This document shows positions 50,898 through 60,611 of a stretch of 64,000 nucleotides of DNA, in pieces. Source of the stretch: an uncultured Acidobacteriota bacterium (lineage in GTDB: Bacteria > Acidobacteriota > Vicinamibacteria > Fen-336); contig CAVRVE010000014.1 of NCBI GenBank assembly GCA_963724555.1, positions 2,308 through 66,307 on the forward strand. Reading direction: 5' to 3'. Every line of letters starts with the position of its first letter. Positions within the stretch are counted from its first letter, which is position 1. The notes below the pieces were generated by a model. The model saw nothing but the letters and a program-made list of their open reading frames with translations. It was not told where the DNA came from and made no database searches. The position numbers and the translations under genes are program-made.

Positions 50898-50938
50898 AAA
50901 AAACGCGGCGGGAGAGCTATCGTCCCGTCGCCGCCGCG
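50898..50938 (-). terminator. Rho-independent terminator downstream of gene 50917..51483
   Basis: On the minus strand: CGCGGCGG, 19-nt loop containing the stop codon, CCGCCGCG, then TTTTTT. Confidence 0.65.
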
Positions 50939-51483
50939 TCCTTCCGCACCTTCAGCGTCAGCGTGAGCGCGCCGAGGCGGTGGGTGCCTTCCGAGACCGG
51001 CACGCTGAGCTGGATGGCGTACGTGGCCGAGCTGGCGTCGAACGCGGGCTCGTCCACGAAGGCGACCTTGCCCTCGACGAAGGGCTTCTGCCACTTGTCC
51101 TCGTCGCCCTGCCAGTAGTCGCTCGTCTCGCGCGAGACGCAGACGTTGGCGCCCTTCTCGTCCATCAGGATCGCCTCGACCACCAGCGGGTCGATCTTGA
51201 TCCGCTCGCGCAGCCGGTTGGCGCAGGGGCTCGTCGTGAGCGCCTTGCGCAGCGGCGCGGCCGGGTTGGCGGCCCACTCGCGATCGCGCGCCTCGATCGT
51301 CTGGCGCGACTCGCCTTCGGCGTTCTTCGCCGCGACGGCCTTCTTGAGGTCGGGGTCCGCGGCGATCTGCTCGGCGAACTTCACCCGCGCGAGCGCCATC
51401 TGCTTGACGGTCGTCGCCGCCTGGGCGAGCACCAGCGTCGGTGCGAACGCCATGAACGCGATGAGGGTCCCAGTTGCTCGCAT
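50917..51483 (-). CDS. Secreted hypothetical protein, possibly a PDC/Cache-like fold
   Basis: Signal MRATGTLIAFMAFAPTLVLAQA. Non-shadow composition. No motif recognised with confidence. Confidence 0.6.
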   Translation of the reverse strand: MRATGTLIAFMAFAPTLVLAQAATTVKQMALARVKFAEQIAADPDLKKAVAAKNAEGESRQTIEARDREWAANPAAPLRKALTTSPCANRLRERIKIDPLVVEAILMDEKGANVCVSRETSDYWQGDEDKWQKPFVEGKVAFVDEPAFDASSATYAIQLSVPVSEGTHRLGALTLTLKVRKDAAATGR

Positions 51484-51511
51484 GCTCGCGTCCTCCTCCG
51501 GGGCACGGATG

Positions 51512-52555
51512 CTACAGCAGGTCGCGCCCCGTGTCAGTGCGCGCGTGGACGTGCTCGGTGACGGCGCGCACAGCCTCCACGGGCGTCTCCGGCAGGATCC
51601 CGTGGCCGAGGTTGAAGACGTGCCCGGGCCGGCCGTTCGCGCGGCGCAGCACGTCGTCGACGCGCGCCAGCAGCCGCTCGCGCGGCGCGAACAGCAGCGT
51701 CGGGTCGAGGTTGCCCTGCACGGCGACGCCGTCTCCGACGAGGCGCCAGGCCTCGTCGAGCGGTGTCCGCCAGTCGACGCCGATCACGCTGCCGCCCGCC
51801 TCGCGCTGCGCGGCCAGCAGGTGGCCGGTGCCGGTGCCGAAGTGGATCTTCGGCACGTCGAGGTCGGCGAGCGCGTCGAAGATCCGCCGCACGTGCGGCA
51901 GCACGAGCTCCCGGTAGTCGAGCTCGTCGAGCGCGCCGACCCAGGAGTCGAACAGCTGCAGCGCCTGGGCGCCCGCCTCGACCTGCGCGCGCAGGTAGTC
52001 GGCGACGACGTCGGCGAGCAGCCCGGCCAGCCGGTGCCAGGTCGCGGGGTCGCCGTACAGCAGGGCCTTGGTCTTCGCGAAATGGCGCGAGCCGCCGCCC
52101 TCGATCGCGTAGGAGGCGAGCGTGAAGGGCGCTCCCGCGAACCCGATGAGCGGCACGCGCAGCTCGCGCCGCAGCAGGCGGATCGCCTCGAGCACGGCTC
52201 GCAGCTCGTCGCGCGGGTCGAAGCGCCGGAGCGCGGCGACGTCGGCCGCCGAGCGGACCGGCTTTTCGATCACCGGCCCCTCGCCCTTCTGGAAGTCGAA
52301 GGGGATCCCGAGCGGCGCGAGCGGGACCAGCAGGTCGGAGAACAGGATCGCCGCGTCGAGCGGCAGGGCGCGGAGCGGCTGCAGCGTCACCTCGACCGCG
52401 AGCTCGGGCGTCCGCACCAGCTCGAGCAGCGAGTGCTTCTCGCGCAGCGCGCGGTACTCCGGCATGTAGCGGCCCGCCTGGCGCATGAACCAGACCGGCG
52501 TCCGGTCGACGGGCTCGCGCCGACAGGCCCTGAGAAACCGATCGTTCATGCTCAC
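51512..52555 (-). CDS. hemE: Uroporphyrinogen decarboxylase
   Basis: RTPVWFMRQAGRYMPEYR, ILFSDLL, GFAGAPFTLASY, FDSWVG, FNLGHGI. Confidence 0.95.
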   Translation of the reverse strand: MSMNDRFLRACRREPVDRTPVWFMRQAGRYMPEYRALREKHSLLELVRTPELAVEVTLQPLRALPLDAAILFSDLLVPLAPLGIPFDFQKGEGPVIEKPVRSAADVAALRRFDPRDELRAVLEAIRLLRRELRVPLIGFAGAPFTLASYAIEGGGSRHFAKTKALLYGDPATWHRLAGLLADVVADYLRAQVEAGAQALQLFDSWVGALDELDYRELVLPHVRRIFDALADLDVPKIHFGTGTGHLLAAQREAGGSVIGVDWRTPLDEAWRLVGDGVAVQGNLDPTLLFAPRERLLARVDDVLRRANGRPGHVFNLGHGILPETPVEAVRAVTEHVHARTDTGRDLL

Positions 52556-53288
52556 AGCCGCGCCCGCGCCGCTTCCACCCGCTTCTGGAAGACCAGGAGC
52601 GCGTCGGCGCTGTCGGCCGTGAAGTTCCAGGTCTTGCCGTCCTTCTGCTTCACGCGCAGGGTGCGGGCGAGGTAGTCGACCTGGAGCGGCTCGAGCGTGG
52701 CGAAGGCCGCGTCGAACGAGTCCTCTGCCTTGCTCGCCTCGAAGCGCAGGCCGTCGGTCGTGGCGTGGAGCACGCCCTCGCAGGTGCCCACCGCGTGCTT
52801 GTGGGCGACTTTGACCTGCTCCTCGAGCCGCACCTCCTTGAACTGACCACTACCTCGTTCGGGCCAGCCCGCAGCTCGAGCGGCTCCGCGTAGCCTTCGT
52901 AGCCCTCGGCGCTCACGTTGAGGCGGTGAGAGCCGGGCTCGACGTCGCTCGTCGCGAGCGGCGTCGTGCCGAGGAACCTGCGGTCGACGAAGACACTCGC
53001 GCCGGGGACGTCGGAGTCGACCCGCAGGCTCGTCGCCGCGGCGCCGAGGGCCTCCGCTTCGGGTCTCGGGCGGGTTGAAGGCGCCTCGGCCGGCGCCGTG
53101 GACGTGGATGGTGCGGGCCGCGGCGACGGGGACGAGCGCGCGCTGGCGCTTCTGGGGCCAGGCTCGTTCTCGGGACGCCGGGCGACGAACACGATCGCGA
53201 GGCCGATCACCGCCAGCGCGACGGCCAGCGCGACCGCGAACAGGCGCGGTCCGCCGCCGTCACGCCTCGGCTCGCCGAATGTCTCCAT
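52552..53288 (-). CDS. Membrane-anchored PEGA-domain protein with the unnamed KHxH..GxCxG C-terminal domain; one frame change at about 52845
   Basis: TM segment LFAVALAVALAVIGLAIVFV. PEGA region LRVDSDVPGASVFVDRRFLGTTPL...EPGSHRLNVSAEGY. C-terminus VKVAHKHAVGTCEGVLHATTDGLRFEAS...KTWNFTA. Its stop overlaps the hemE start (GTGA). Confidence 0.75.
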
Positions 53289-53393
53289 CCCTCCTCGTCC
53301 CTCCGCGGAAGCGCCAGTTTGACAGAAGGCTCGCGGCCCCGCGAACCACGCGTTGACCGGCCGCCGCTCCGACCTACAATCGTCACTGGCTCG

Positions 53394-54407
53394 ATGGATC
53401 CGCTGACGCACGGGTTGCTCGGGGCGTCCCTGGGCCAGGCGCTCTCCGGCCCGGCGCTCGGCCGCCGCGCGCTCGCCTGGGGTGCGGTGCTCGGCATGGC
53501 GCCCGACGTCGACATCCTGCTGCGCGCATCCGACCCGTTCGCCGAATGGCGATGGCATCGCGGCGCGACCCACGGGCTCGCGGTCGAGCTCGCCGCCGGG
53601 TGCCTGCTCGGATGGCTCCTCGCTCGCCGCTCGGGCGGCGCGCTCAGGAGCTGGCTCGCGCTGGCGATCGCCGCGCTCGTGTCGCACCCGCTGCTCGACT
53701 GGTGCACGACCTATGGCACCCAGCTCCTGGCGCCCTTCTCGAGCCGGCGCTTCGCGCTCGACTGGGTGGCGATCATCGATCCCGCCTACAGCCTGATCCT
53801 CGCGGCCGGCCTCGTGGTCGGGCTGCGCGCGGGAGCCACGACACCCGCGGCCCGGCGCGTCGGTTGGGCGGTGCTGTCGCTGTCCTCGCTCTACCTGGCG
53901 CTCGGCGGCTTCGTGAACGCCCGCATCGAAGCGATCGCCCGCGACGACCTCCGCGCCAAGGGCCTGGCCTTCTCCCGCGTGTCGGCGTACCCGACGCTGC
54001 TCCAGCTTCCGTTCCGGCGGATCGTGGCGAGAAGCGGCGACGAGGTGCGCGTGGGCTGGCTCAGCCTGCTGCGGCCACGTCCGATCGCGTGGGCGAGCTT
54101 CACGCAAGCCGAAGGCCCGCCCGTGGAGGCGGCCCGCGCGACGGCCGAGGGGCGGCTCTTCGAGTGGTTCGCGATGGGCGAGGCCGCCTCGCGCGTCGAG
54201 CGGCGCGAGGGACGGCAGGTCGTCGAGCTCGACGACCTGCGCTACGGGTTTCCGGGAACGCCGCGGGACGGCTTCTGGGGCGTGCGCGTCACGCTCGACG
54301 AGCAGGGCCGGCCGCTCGGCCCGGGCGAGCGCTTCGAGCGCCCGCTGCCCGCGCCCGTCTCGAAGATCCTCTACACGCTCTGGCGCGAGACGCTCGGGTG
54401 GAGCTAG
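53394..54407 (+). CDS. Membrane-bound metal-dependent hydrolase (YdjM/DUF457-like)
   Basis: MDPLTHGLLGASLG...WRWHRGATHGL...SHPLLDWCTTYGTQLLAPF. Confidence 0.75.
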   Translation: MDPLTHGLLGASLGQALSGPALGRRALAWGAVLGMAPDVDILLRASDPFAEWRWHRGATHGLAVELAAGCLLGWLLARRSGGALRSWLALAIAALVSHPLLDWCTTYGTQLLAPFSSRRFALDWVAIIDPAYSLILAAGLVVGLRAGATTPAARRVGWAVLSLSSLYLALGGFVNARIEAIARDDLRAKGLAFSRVSAYPTLLQLPFRRIVARSGDEVRVGWLSLLRPRPIAWASFTQAEGPPVEAARATAEGRLFEWFAMGEAASRVERREGRQVVELDDLRYGFPGTPRDGFWGVRVTLDEQGRPLGPGERFERPLPAPVSKILYTLWRETLGWS

Positions 54408-54423
54408 CCCCGGAGCCGCCGCG

Positions 54424-55350
54424 ATGAAGCGAATCGCGATCACCGGCGCGAGCGGTTTCGTCGGGCGCCACCTCGTGCGCGCGGCCGCGGCCGCGGGCTT
54501 CGAGCCCGCCGGGTTCGTCCGCTCCGAACGCGCGGCTTCGCTCGTGCGCGAAGCCGGCGGCGCGCCGGTGCGCTTCGCGGACGAGCCCGCGGCGCTCGCC
54601 CGCAGCTTCGAGGGCGCGCTGGCGGTGGTGCACCTCGCGCAGATCGGCAGCGAGCGCGGGGGGCAGACGTACGAGGCGGTCAACGTGGGCCTGACGACGC
54701 GCGTCGTCGAGGCGGCGCGCCAGGCGGAGGTGCCGCACTTCGCGATGTTCTCCGGCCTGGGCGTGGCGCGCTACGGCCAGTCGCGCCGCGTCACCAGCCG
54801 CTACTTCCTCTCGAAGCTCACGGCCGAGACGGTGGCCTTCGGCTCGGGGCTGGACGTGGCGGTCTTCCGGCCCTCCTACGTCGTGGGGCCCGGCGACGCC
54901 TTCGTGCCGTCCGTGCTGCGCGCGATGCAGGCGGGAGAGCTCGAGCGGCCGGGCGACGGCTCCTACCGCATGCAGCCGATCGCGGTCGCCGACGCCGCCG
55001 CGGCCGTGCTCGCCGTGGTCGCGCGCGCCCCGCGGGCGTTCCCGACGGTCTTCGACCTCGTGGGACCCGAAGCCGTCGCCTACGCGCACCTGCTCGAGAG
55101 GCTCGAGGCGGTCGCGCGGCGCGAGGGGCGCCCGCTGCGCCTGCGCGTGCGCGAGGTCCCGGTCGCGGAGGCCGAGCGGCTCGCGCGGAGCGAGGCCGGC
55201 TACCAGGGCATGGGGCCGGACGAGCTCGACTGCCTGCTGTGCGACGAGGTGGCGGACCACGCCCCGCTCGAGGCGCTCGTCGCTCGGCCGCTGCTTCCGC
55301 TCGACGAGGCGCTCGCCGCCGCGGTGCGGTCGGTGTCCGAGGGCGCTTGA
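54424..55350 (+). CDS. NAD(P)-binding epimerase / NmrA-like atypical SDR
   Basis: KRIAITGASGFVGRHL Rossmann motif. Confidence 0.8.
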   Translation: MKRIAITGASGFVGRHLVRAAAAAGFEPAGFVRSERAASLVREAGGAPVRFADEPAALARSFEGALAVVHLAQIGSERGGQTYEAVNVGLTTRVVEAARQAEVPHFAMFSGLGVARYGQSRRVTSRYFLSKLTAETVAFGSGLDVAVFRPSYVVGPGDAFVPSVLRAMQAGELERPGDGSYRMQPIAVADAAAAVLAVVARAPRAFPTVFDLVGPEAVAYAHLLERLEAVARREGRPLRLRVREVPVAEAERLARSEAGYQGMGPDELDCLLCDEVADHAPLEALVARPLLPLDEALAAAVRSVSEGA

Positions 55351-56462
55351 GGCTTCCCGGCCTGCAGGGGCGGCGCGCGGTGCTCGAGGCCGATGCGGCG
55401 GTGGTCGGCTCCGGCCTGCCCGCCATCCTGGCGGCGCTCGAGCTGGCGCGGCGCGGCGCCAGCGTCGTCGTGGTGGGCGAAGCCGACCCTTCGCCGCGCG
55501 GGCTCGGCCTGGCGCTGCTCGGGCCCGGGCGCCCCTACCGGACGGTCGCCGATGCGATCGGCCGGGCGGCCGCCCGGCTCGTGTGGGCGGCGGGATGCGA
55601 GAACCAGCTGCGCCTCAAGGCGTTCGTCGAGGCCGCGACGCAGGACCTCGGCTACCGCGCGGCCGGAAGCTTCCTTCTCGCGCGCACGCGGGAGGAGGCC
55701 GAGGCGCTCGAAGAGAGCGAGGACATGCTGCGCGCCGACGGATTCCCGGGCGAGTTTCTCGATCACTACATGCTCGAGACCCGCTTCGACCTGTCGGGCT
55801 TCCCCGGCGGCTACTGGGCAGCCGGCGACGCCGAGGTCGACGCGCTCCTGCTCCGCGAGGCGGCGCAGCAGGCGGCGCGCGACGCGCGCGTCGCCTTCCG
55901 GGTGTCTCGCGTGCGCGGGCTGGACGCGCAGCCATCGGGGGTGAGGATCGATCTCGAGCAGGGCTCGCTGCGCGTCGCGGCGGCGGTCGTCGCATCCGAC
56001 GCCTCCGGGGCCGAGCTCGTGCCCGAGATCGCGCCGCTCGTGAGGCCATCCGGCTCGGCCCGCCTCACATTCTCGCCGCTTGCGGGAGCCATGGTGCCGA
56101 GCGCGGCACGCACGGCCGACGGGCAGATCGCCTGGCGCGCCAACGGCGCAAGCGTCCTGCTGGCGGAGACGGCGCCCTTCGCAAGCGCCGAATCCGGCCT
56201 CTCCCTGCGGGACGTCGCGACGCGCCTTCCGCTCGACCTCGCCTCTGCGACGTCCGGCCAGGAGCCGGCCGAGCTGTCGCTCGACGGCCTGCCCGTCGTC
56301 GGGCTGCTCGAGCCCCGCCCGCTCGCCGTGGCCTGTGGCTTCTCCGGGCTCGCGCCCGGCTTCGCGTTCGCGGCGGCGCGCTGGGTGGCGGACGCGCTGC
56401 TGCGCGGCACGGATCCCACGCCCGAGGCGCTGCGGGCGACGCGCGCGCCGCTCCACGTTTGA
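55347..56462 (+). CDS. FAD-dependent oxidoreductase (DAO-like); start uncertain (TTG 55347 overlapping the upstream stop, or GTG 55380)
   Basis: Dinucleotide-binding AAVVGSGLPAILAALELARRGASVVVVG. Confidence 0.7.
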   Translation: MRLPGLQGRRAVLEADAAVVGSGLPAILAALELARRGASVVVVGEADPSPRGLGLALLGPGRPYRTVADAIGRAAARLVWAAGCENQLRLKAFVEAATQDLGYRAAGSFLLARTREEAEALEESEDMLRADGFPGEFLDHYMLETRFDLSGFPGGYWAAGDAEVDALLLREAAQQAARDARVAFRVSRVRGLDAQPSGVRIDLEQGSLRVAAAVVASDASGAELVPEIAPLVRPSGSARLTFSPLAGAMVPSAARTADGQIAWRANGASVLLAETAPFASAESGLSLRDVATRLPLDLASATSGQEPAELSLDGLPVVGLLEPRPLAVACGFSGLAPGFAFAAARWVADALLRGTDPTPEALRATRAPLHV

Positions 56463-56497
56463 GCGGCGCCGGCCGTTCGCAGTAGGCTTCCGGGGCC

Positions 56498-56842
56498 ATG
56501 CGACTCGGCGTCACCGACTACATCGACTGCGCGCACCTGCTCGAGGGCCACGCCAAGTGCGGGCGGCTCCACGGGCACACCTACCGCATCGAGATGACCG
56601 TCGAGGGCGAGACGAAGGGCGGCATGCTGCTCGACTTCGCCGAGCTCAAGCAGCAGCTGCGCTCCGTGCTCGCGCGCTACGACCACGGCCACTGGAACGA
56701 CTTCATCGACTATCCGACGGTCGAGAGCATCTGCGAGCGGCTCGCCGGCGAGATCGCGGGTGTCGTGACGTTCCCGTTCACGCTCAGGGTCTACGAGGGC
56801 CACGCCAAGTGGGCGGAGACCGACCGGGGGCGCGCGCGATGA
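56498..56842 (+). CDS. queD: 6-carboxytetrahydropterin / 6-pyruvoyl-tetrahydropterin synthase family protein (QueD-like)
   Basis: CAHLLEGHAKCGRLHGHTY matches the QueD/PTPS Cys plus His-triad region. 114 aa. Confidence 0.8.
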   Translation: MRLGVTDYIDCAHLLEGHAKCGRLHGHTYRIEMTVEGETKGGMLLDFAELKQQLRSVLARYDHGHWNDFIDYPTVESICERLAGEIAGVVTFPFTLRVYEGHAKWAETDRGRAR

Positions 56843-58230
56843 TCCGCGCCGACCTCGGGCTGCGGCCGGCCGACCTCGAGCCGGGCCTCGCCCGCCTCTG
56901 GCAGCTGTCCGCGGGAAAGATCCTCGATCTCGAGAAGAGCTGGAGCGCGGCCGACGGCTCGCCGGTCTTCACGCAGCGCGGGCGCTACACGGCGCGCGGC
57001 TGGACCGACTGGACCCAGGGCTTCCAGTTCGGCTCGGCGCTGCTGCAGTTCGACGCGACCGGCCAGCGCTCGTTCCTCGAGCTCGGGCGCGAGCGCACCT
57101 ACACGCGCATGGCGCCGCACGTCACGCACATGGGCGTCCACGACCACGGCTTCAACAACGTCAGCACCTGGGGCGCGCTGCGGCGGCTGATGCTCGAGGA
57201 CCGCTTCCAGGCCGAGGGACGCGAGCGCGAGCTCTGCGAGCTGGCGCTCAAGGCGAGCGGCGCGGTGCAGGCGCGGCGCTGGACGCGCACGAAGGACGGC
57301 GGGGGCTACATCTACTCCTTCAACGGCCCGCACTCGCTCTTCGCCGACACCATGCGCTCGCTGCGCTCGCTCGCGCTCGCGCACCGGCTGGGCCAGACGC
57401 TGCTCGAGGAGGGCGACCGTCCCGCCTCGCTGCTCGAGCGGCTGCTGCAGCACGCGGCCACGACCGCGCGCTTCGCCGTCTACCGGGGCAGCGGCCGCGA
57501 CTCCTGGGACGAGCCCGGCCGCGTGGCGCACGAGAGCGTGTTCAACGTGATCGACGGCAGCTTTCGCTGCCCGTCGACGCAGCAGGGCTACTCGCCCTTC
57601 ACGACGTGGACGCGCGGGCAGGCCTGGGTGCTGCTCGGCTTCGCGGAGCAGCTCGAGTTCCTGGAGACGCTGAAAGACGCGGAGCTCCAGCCGTTCGGAG
57701 GCCGGGCCGAGATCGAGACCGACATGCTGGAGGCGGCGCGCGTGGTGGCGAACCACTACGTGGGGATGACGCCTTCCGACGGCGTGCCGTACTGGGACAC
57801 GGGCGCGCCCGGGCTCGCACAGCTCGCGGGCCACCGCGACAGGCCGGCCGACCCCGAGAACGACCTCGAGCCCGTCGACTCGTCGGCGGCGGCGATCGCG
57901 GCGCAGGGCCTGCTGCGGCTCGGCCGACTGCTCGAGCAGCGCGAGGCCAAGAGCGAGGGCCGCAGCCTGTTCCAGGCGGGGCTGACGGTGACGCGGACGC
58001 TGCTCGGCGCTCCGTACCTGAGCGAGGACCCGTCGCACCAGGGGCTGCTGCTGCACTCCGTCTACCACCGGCCGAACGGCTGGGACTACGTGCCGAAGGG
58101 CCGCAAGGTCCCCTACGGCGAGTCGAGCCAGTGGGGCGACTACCACCTGCGCGAGCTCGCGCTCCACGTCCAGCGGCTGGCGCGCGGCGAGCCCTACTAC
58201 GCCTTCCACGGTCCGGAGAGCGCCGCGTGA
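56839..58230 (+). CDS. Cytoplasmic six-hairpin glycosidase-like protein (GH88/GH105 unsaturated glucuronyl/rhamnogalacturonyl hydrolase-like)
   Basis: ATG overlaps the queD stop (ATGA). Motifs VHDHGFNN, VPYWDTG, VDSSAAAIAAQGLLRLG, ESSQWGDYHLRELAL. No signal peptide. Confidence 0.75.
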   Translation: MIRADLGLRPADLEPGLARLWQLSAGKILDLEKSWSAADGSPVFTQRGRYTARGWTDWTQGFQFGSALLQFDATGQRSFLELGRERTYTRMAPHVTHMGVHDHGFNNVSTWGALRRLMLEDRFQAEGRERELCELALKASGAVQARRWTRTKDGGGYIYSFNGPHSLFADTMRSLRSLALAHRLGQTLLEEGDRPASLLERLLQHAATTARFAVYRGSGRDSWDEPGRVAHESVFNVIDGSFRCPSTQQGYSPFTTWTRGQAWVLLGFAEQLEFLETLKDAELQPFGGRAEIETDMLEAARVVANHYVGMTPSDGVPYWDTGAPGLAQLAGHRDRPADPENDLEPVDSSAAAIAAQGLLRLGRLLEQREAKSEGRSLFQAGLTVTRTLLGAPYLSEDPSHQGLLLHSVYHRPNGWDYVPKGRKVPYGESSQWGDYHLRELALHVQRLARGEPYYAFHGPESAA

Positions 58231-58995
58231 GGCGCATAGCACTCGTCACCGGCGGCACGCGCGGCATCGGGCTCGGTGTCGCCCGGGCACTCGCTGCGGA
58301 AGGCTTCGACCTCGCGCTCTGCGGCATGCGCGAGGAGTCGCAGCTCGGCGAGCCGCTCGCTGCGCTGCGCGCGCTGGGCGGCGAGGTGCGCTACTTTCGC
58401 TCGGACGTCTCGTCGCGCGACGAGCGCGAGACGCTCGTGGCGGCGGTCCGCTCGGCGTTCGGCCGCCTCCACCTGCTGGTGAACAACGCGGGTGTCGCTC
58501 CGAGCCGAGCGCGCCGACATCCTCGACGCCGGCGAGGAGAGCTTCGACCGGCTGGTCGGCACCAACCTCAAGGGTCCGTACTTCCTCACGCAGGCCGTGG
58601 CGCGCTTCATGCTCGAGCAGGCGACGCAGCCGGGCTACGCCGGCGCGATCGTGTTCGTGACGTCGGTCTCGGCCGAAGCGGCCTCGCCGAATCGCGGCGA
58701 CTACTGCGTCAGCAAGGCCGGGCTGGCGATGGCGGCCAGGCTCTTCGCGGTGCGGCTGGCGGCGTCGGGGATCCCCGTCTACGAAGTCCGTCCCGGCATC
58801 GTCCACACCGACATGACCGCGAACGTCGCCGATGCGTACGACCGCAGGATCGCCGAGGGCCTCGTGCCGCAGGGCCGCTGGGGCGAGCCCGAGGACGTCG
58901 GCCGGGTCGTGGCGGCACTCGCGCGCGGCGACGCCGCCTACTCGACCGGCGCGGTGATCACGGTCGACGGCGGGTTCTCGATTCCGAGGCTCTAG
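58227..58995 (+). CDS. SDR-family oxidoreductase (3-ketoacyl-reductase-like); one frame change at about 58507
   Basis: GTG overlaps the upstream stop (GTGA). Motifs [28 protein letters not shown]. Confidence 0.8.
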
Positions 58996-59685
58996 ATGAG
59001 CGGCGCTACCAAGCCCGATCCCCACGCCATCCGCAGCGGCTACGACCGTTGGTCGGAGGTCTACGACCACGACAGGAACCCGCTCGTGGCGCTCGAGGAG
59101 CCGGTGGTGCGCGCGGCGCTCGGCCCCGTGAGCGGCCTGCAGGTGCTCGACCTCGGCTGCGGCACGGGCCGCCACGCGCTGTGGCTGGCGGGCGCGGGCG
59201 CCGCGGTGACGGCCGTCGACTTCTCCGAGGGCATGCTGAACGAGGCGCGCCGCAAGCACGGCGCCTCGAAGGTGCGGTTCGTCGTGCACGACCTGCACCA
59301 TCCGCTCCCGTTCGAGGTCGCGGCCTTCGACCGCGTCGTGAGCGGCCTGGTGCTGGAGCACCTGAGCGACCTGCGCTTCGTCTTCGGCGAGGCGCGGCGC
59401 GTGCTGAAGCCGGGCGGCCGCGCCGTGATCTCCGCGATGCACCCGGCGATGCAGCTGCGCGGCGTCGAGGCGCGCTTCACCGATCCCACGACCGGCGAGA
59501 AGGTCCAGCCGGGCAGCCTGGCCCACACGCTGGGCGAGTTCGTGATGGCGGCCGTGCGCGCGGGCTTCTGGCTCGAGGCGATCACCGAGCAGGCGCCCGA
59601 CGCCGCCTTCGCCGCGCGCTTCCCGCGCGCGGAGAGGTACGTCGGCTGGCCGATGCTGGTGGTGCTGCAGCTCGCGGCGAAGTGA
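58996..59685 (+). CDS. Class I SAM-dependent methyltransferase
   Basis: ATG immediately follows the SDR stop (TAGATG). Motif I VLDLGCGTGRHA, then VTAVDFS, LKPGGRAV. Confidence 0.85.
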   Translation: MSGATKPDPHAIRSGYDRWSEVYDHDRNPLVALEEPVVRAALGPVSGLQVLDLGCGTGRHALWLAGAGAAVTAVDFSEGMLNEARRKHGASKVRFVVHDLHHPLPFEVAAFDRVVSGLVLEHLSDLRFVFGEARRVLKPGGRAVISAMHPAMQLRGVEARFTDPTTGEKVQPGSLAHTLGEFVMAAVRAGFWLEAITEQAPDAAFAARFPRAERYVGWPMLVVLQLAAK

Positions 59686-59689
59686 GCCG

Positions 59690-60520
59690 CTAGAGCCACT
59701 CGCGCTCGCGCTCCACGAGTGCTTCGAACGCGTCGAGGATCACGCGCGTCTTCGGGCCGACGCGGCCGTCGCCGAGCGCTCGGCCGTCGACGCGGACGAC
59801 CGGCAGCACCTCGCGCGAGACGCTGGTGATGAAGGCTTCGTCGACGAGCGGGAGCTCGCCCTTGCTGACCGCCGCGCGGCGGACCGGAAGCAGGCGCTCC
59901 GCCACCTCGAGCACCAGCGAGCGCGTCACGCCGGCGAGCACGCGCTCCTCCTCCGTGCGCAGCTCGCCGCCAGAGACCGCGAAGAAGTTGCTCGATAGCC
60001 CCTCGAGCAGCGCGCCGTCGTCCGCGACGAGCAGGCCTTCCTCGACTCCCTCGGGGAGCCGCGCGTAGGCCTGCTGCGCGGTCGCGATGAAGCGCGTGTC
60101 CTTCGAATGCGGGTTGTCGCGGCGGATGGCGAGCGTCACGCACGCGACGCCCTCCGCGTAGAGCCGCGCGGGAAGCGGGGTGAACGGCTCGACGGCCACG
60201 AACAGCCGCGGCGGCGCGAAGGTGAGCCGCAGCCGCGATTCGTCGTGCCGCGTCTCGTCGAGAGCCCCGGCGATCGCCCGGCGCGCCGTGGCGGCGTCGA
60301 CCGCCCCCGACCGGCCCTGGAGAGCCGCCGATTCCTCGAGTCTTCGGAAGTGGGCGTCGAGGCGGACGACCCCGCGCCCGCCGTAGGTGCGCAGGCTCGT
60401 GTAGGCCCCGGCGGGGAGCACCGCCGACGCGGCGGCGAGGCTCTCGTGCCGGCCGAGGGGCAGGAGGCCCGTCGGTCCGGCTTCGAAGGTCAGGACGCGC
60501 GGCTCGCCCATCGCGCCCAT
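59690..60520 (-). CDS. Aminotransferase class IV (branched-chain/D-amino-acid aminotransferase or ADC-lyase-like)
   Basis: LEGLSSNFFAV, LAGVTRSLVLE. The ORF-track extension to 60814 lacks support. Confidence 0.8.
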   Translation of the reverse strand: MGAMGEPRVLTFEAGPTGLLPLGRHESLAAASAVLPAGAYTSLRTYGGRGVVRLDAHFRRLEESAALQGRSGAVDAATARRAIAGALDETRHDESRLRLTFAPPRLFVAVEPFTPLPARLYAEGVACVTLAIRRDNPHSKDTRFIATAQQAYARLPEGVEEGLLVADDGALLEGLSSNFFAVSGGELRTEEERVLAGVTRSLVLEVAERLLPVRRAAVSKGELPLVDEAFITSVSREVLPVVRVDGRALGDGRVGPKTRVILDAFEALVEREREWL

Positions 60521-60611
60521 CTTCGCACCGACGTCGGCGGCGAGGGGCTCTGCGGAGCCCGGCTCGACGCAGCCTCTGCGTCCCGGATAGACTCCGCGCC
60601 GGAGGTCCGTG

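Noticed and set aside
52650-54683. 677-aa minus-strand ORF
   Set aside because: Only the stretch from Met at 53288 down to the frame change near 52845 (PEGA protein N-terminus) is credible. The remainder is antisense to the YdjM-like and epimerase-like genes.
56498-56842. Queuosine biosynthesis operon
   Set aside because: QueD-like motifs are present, but no queC, queE, queF or folE neighbours. The gene is instead coupled to hydrolase, SDR and methyltransferase genes.
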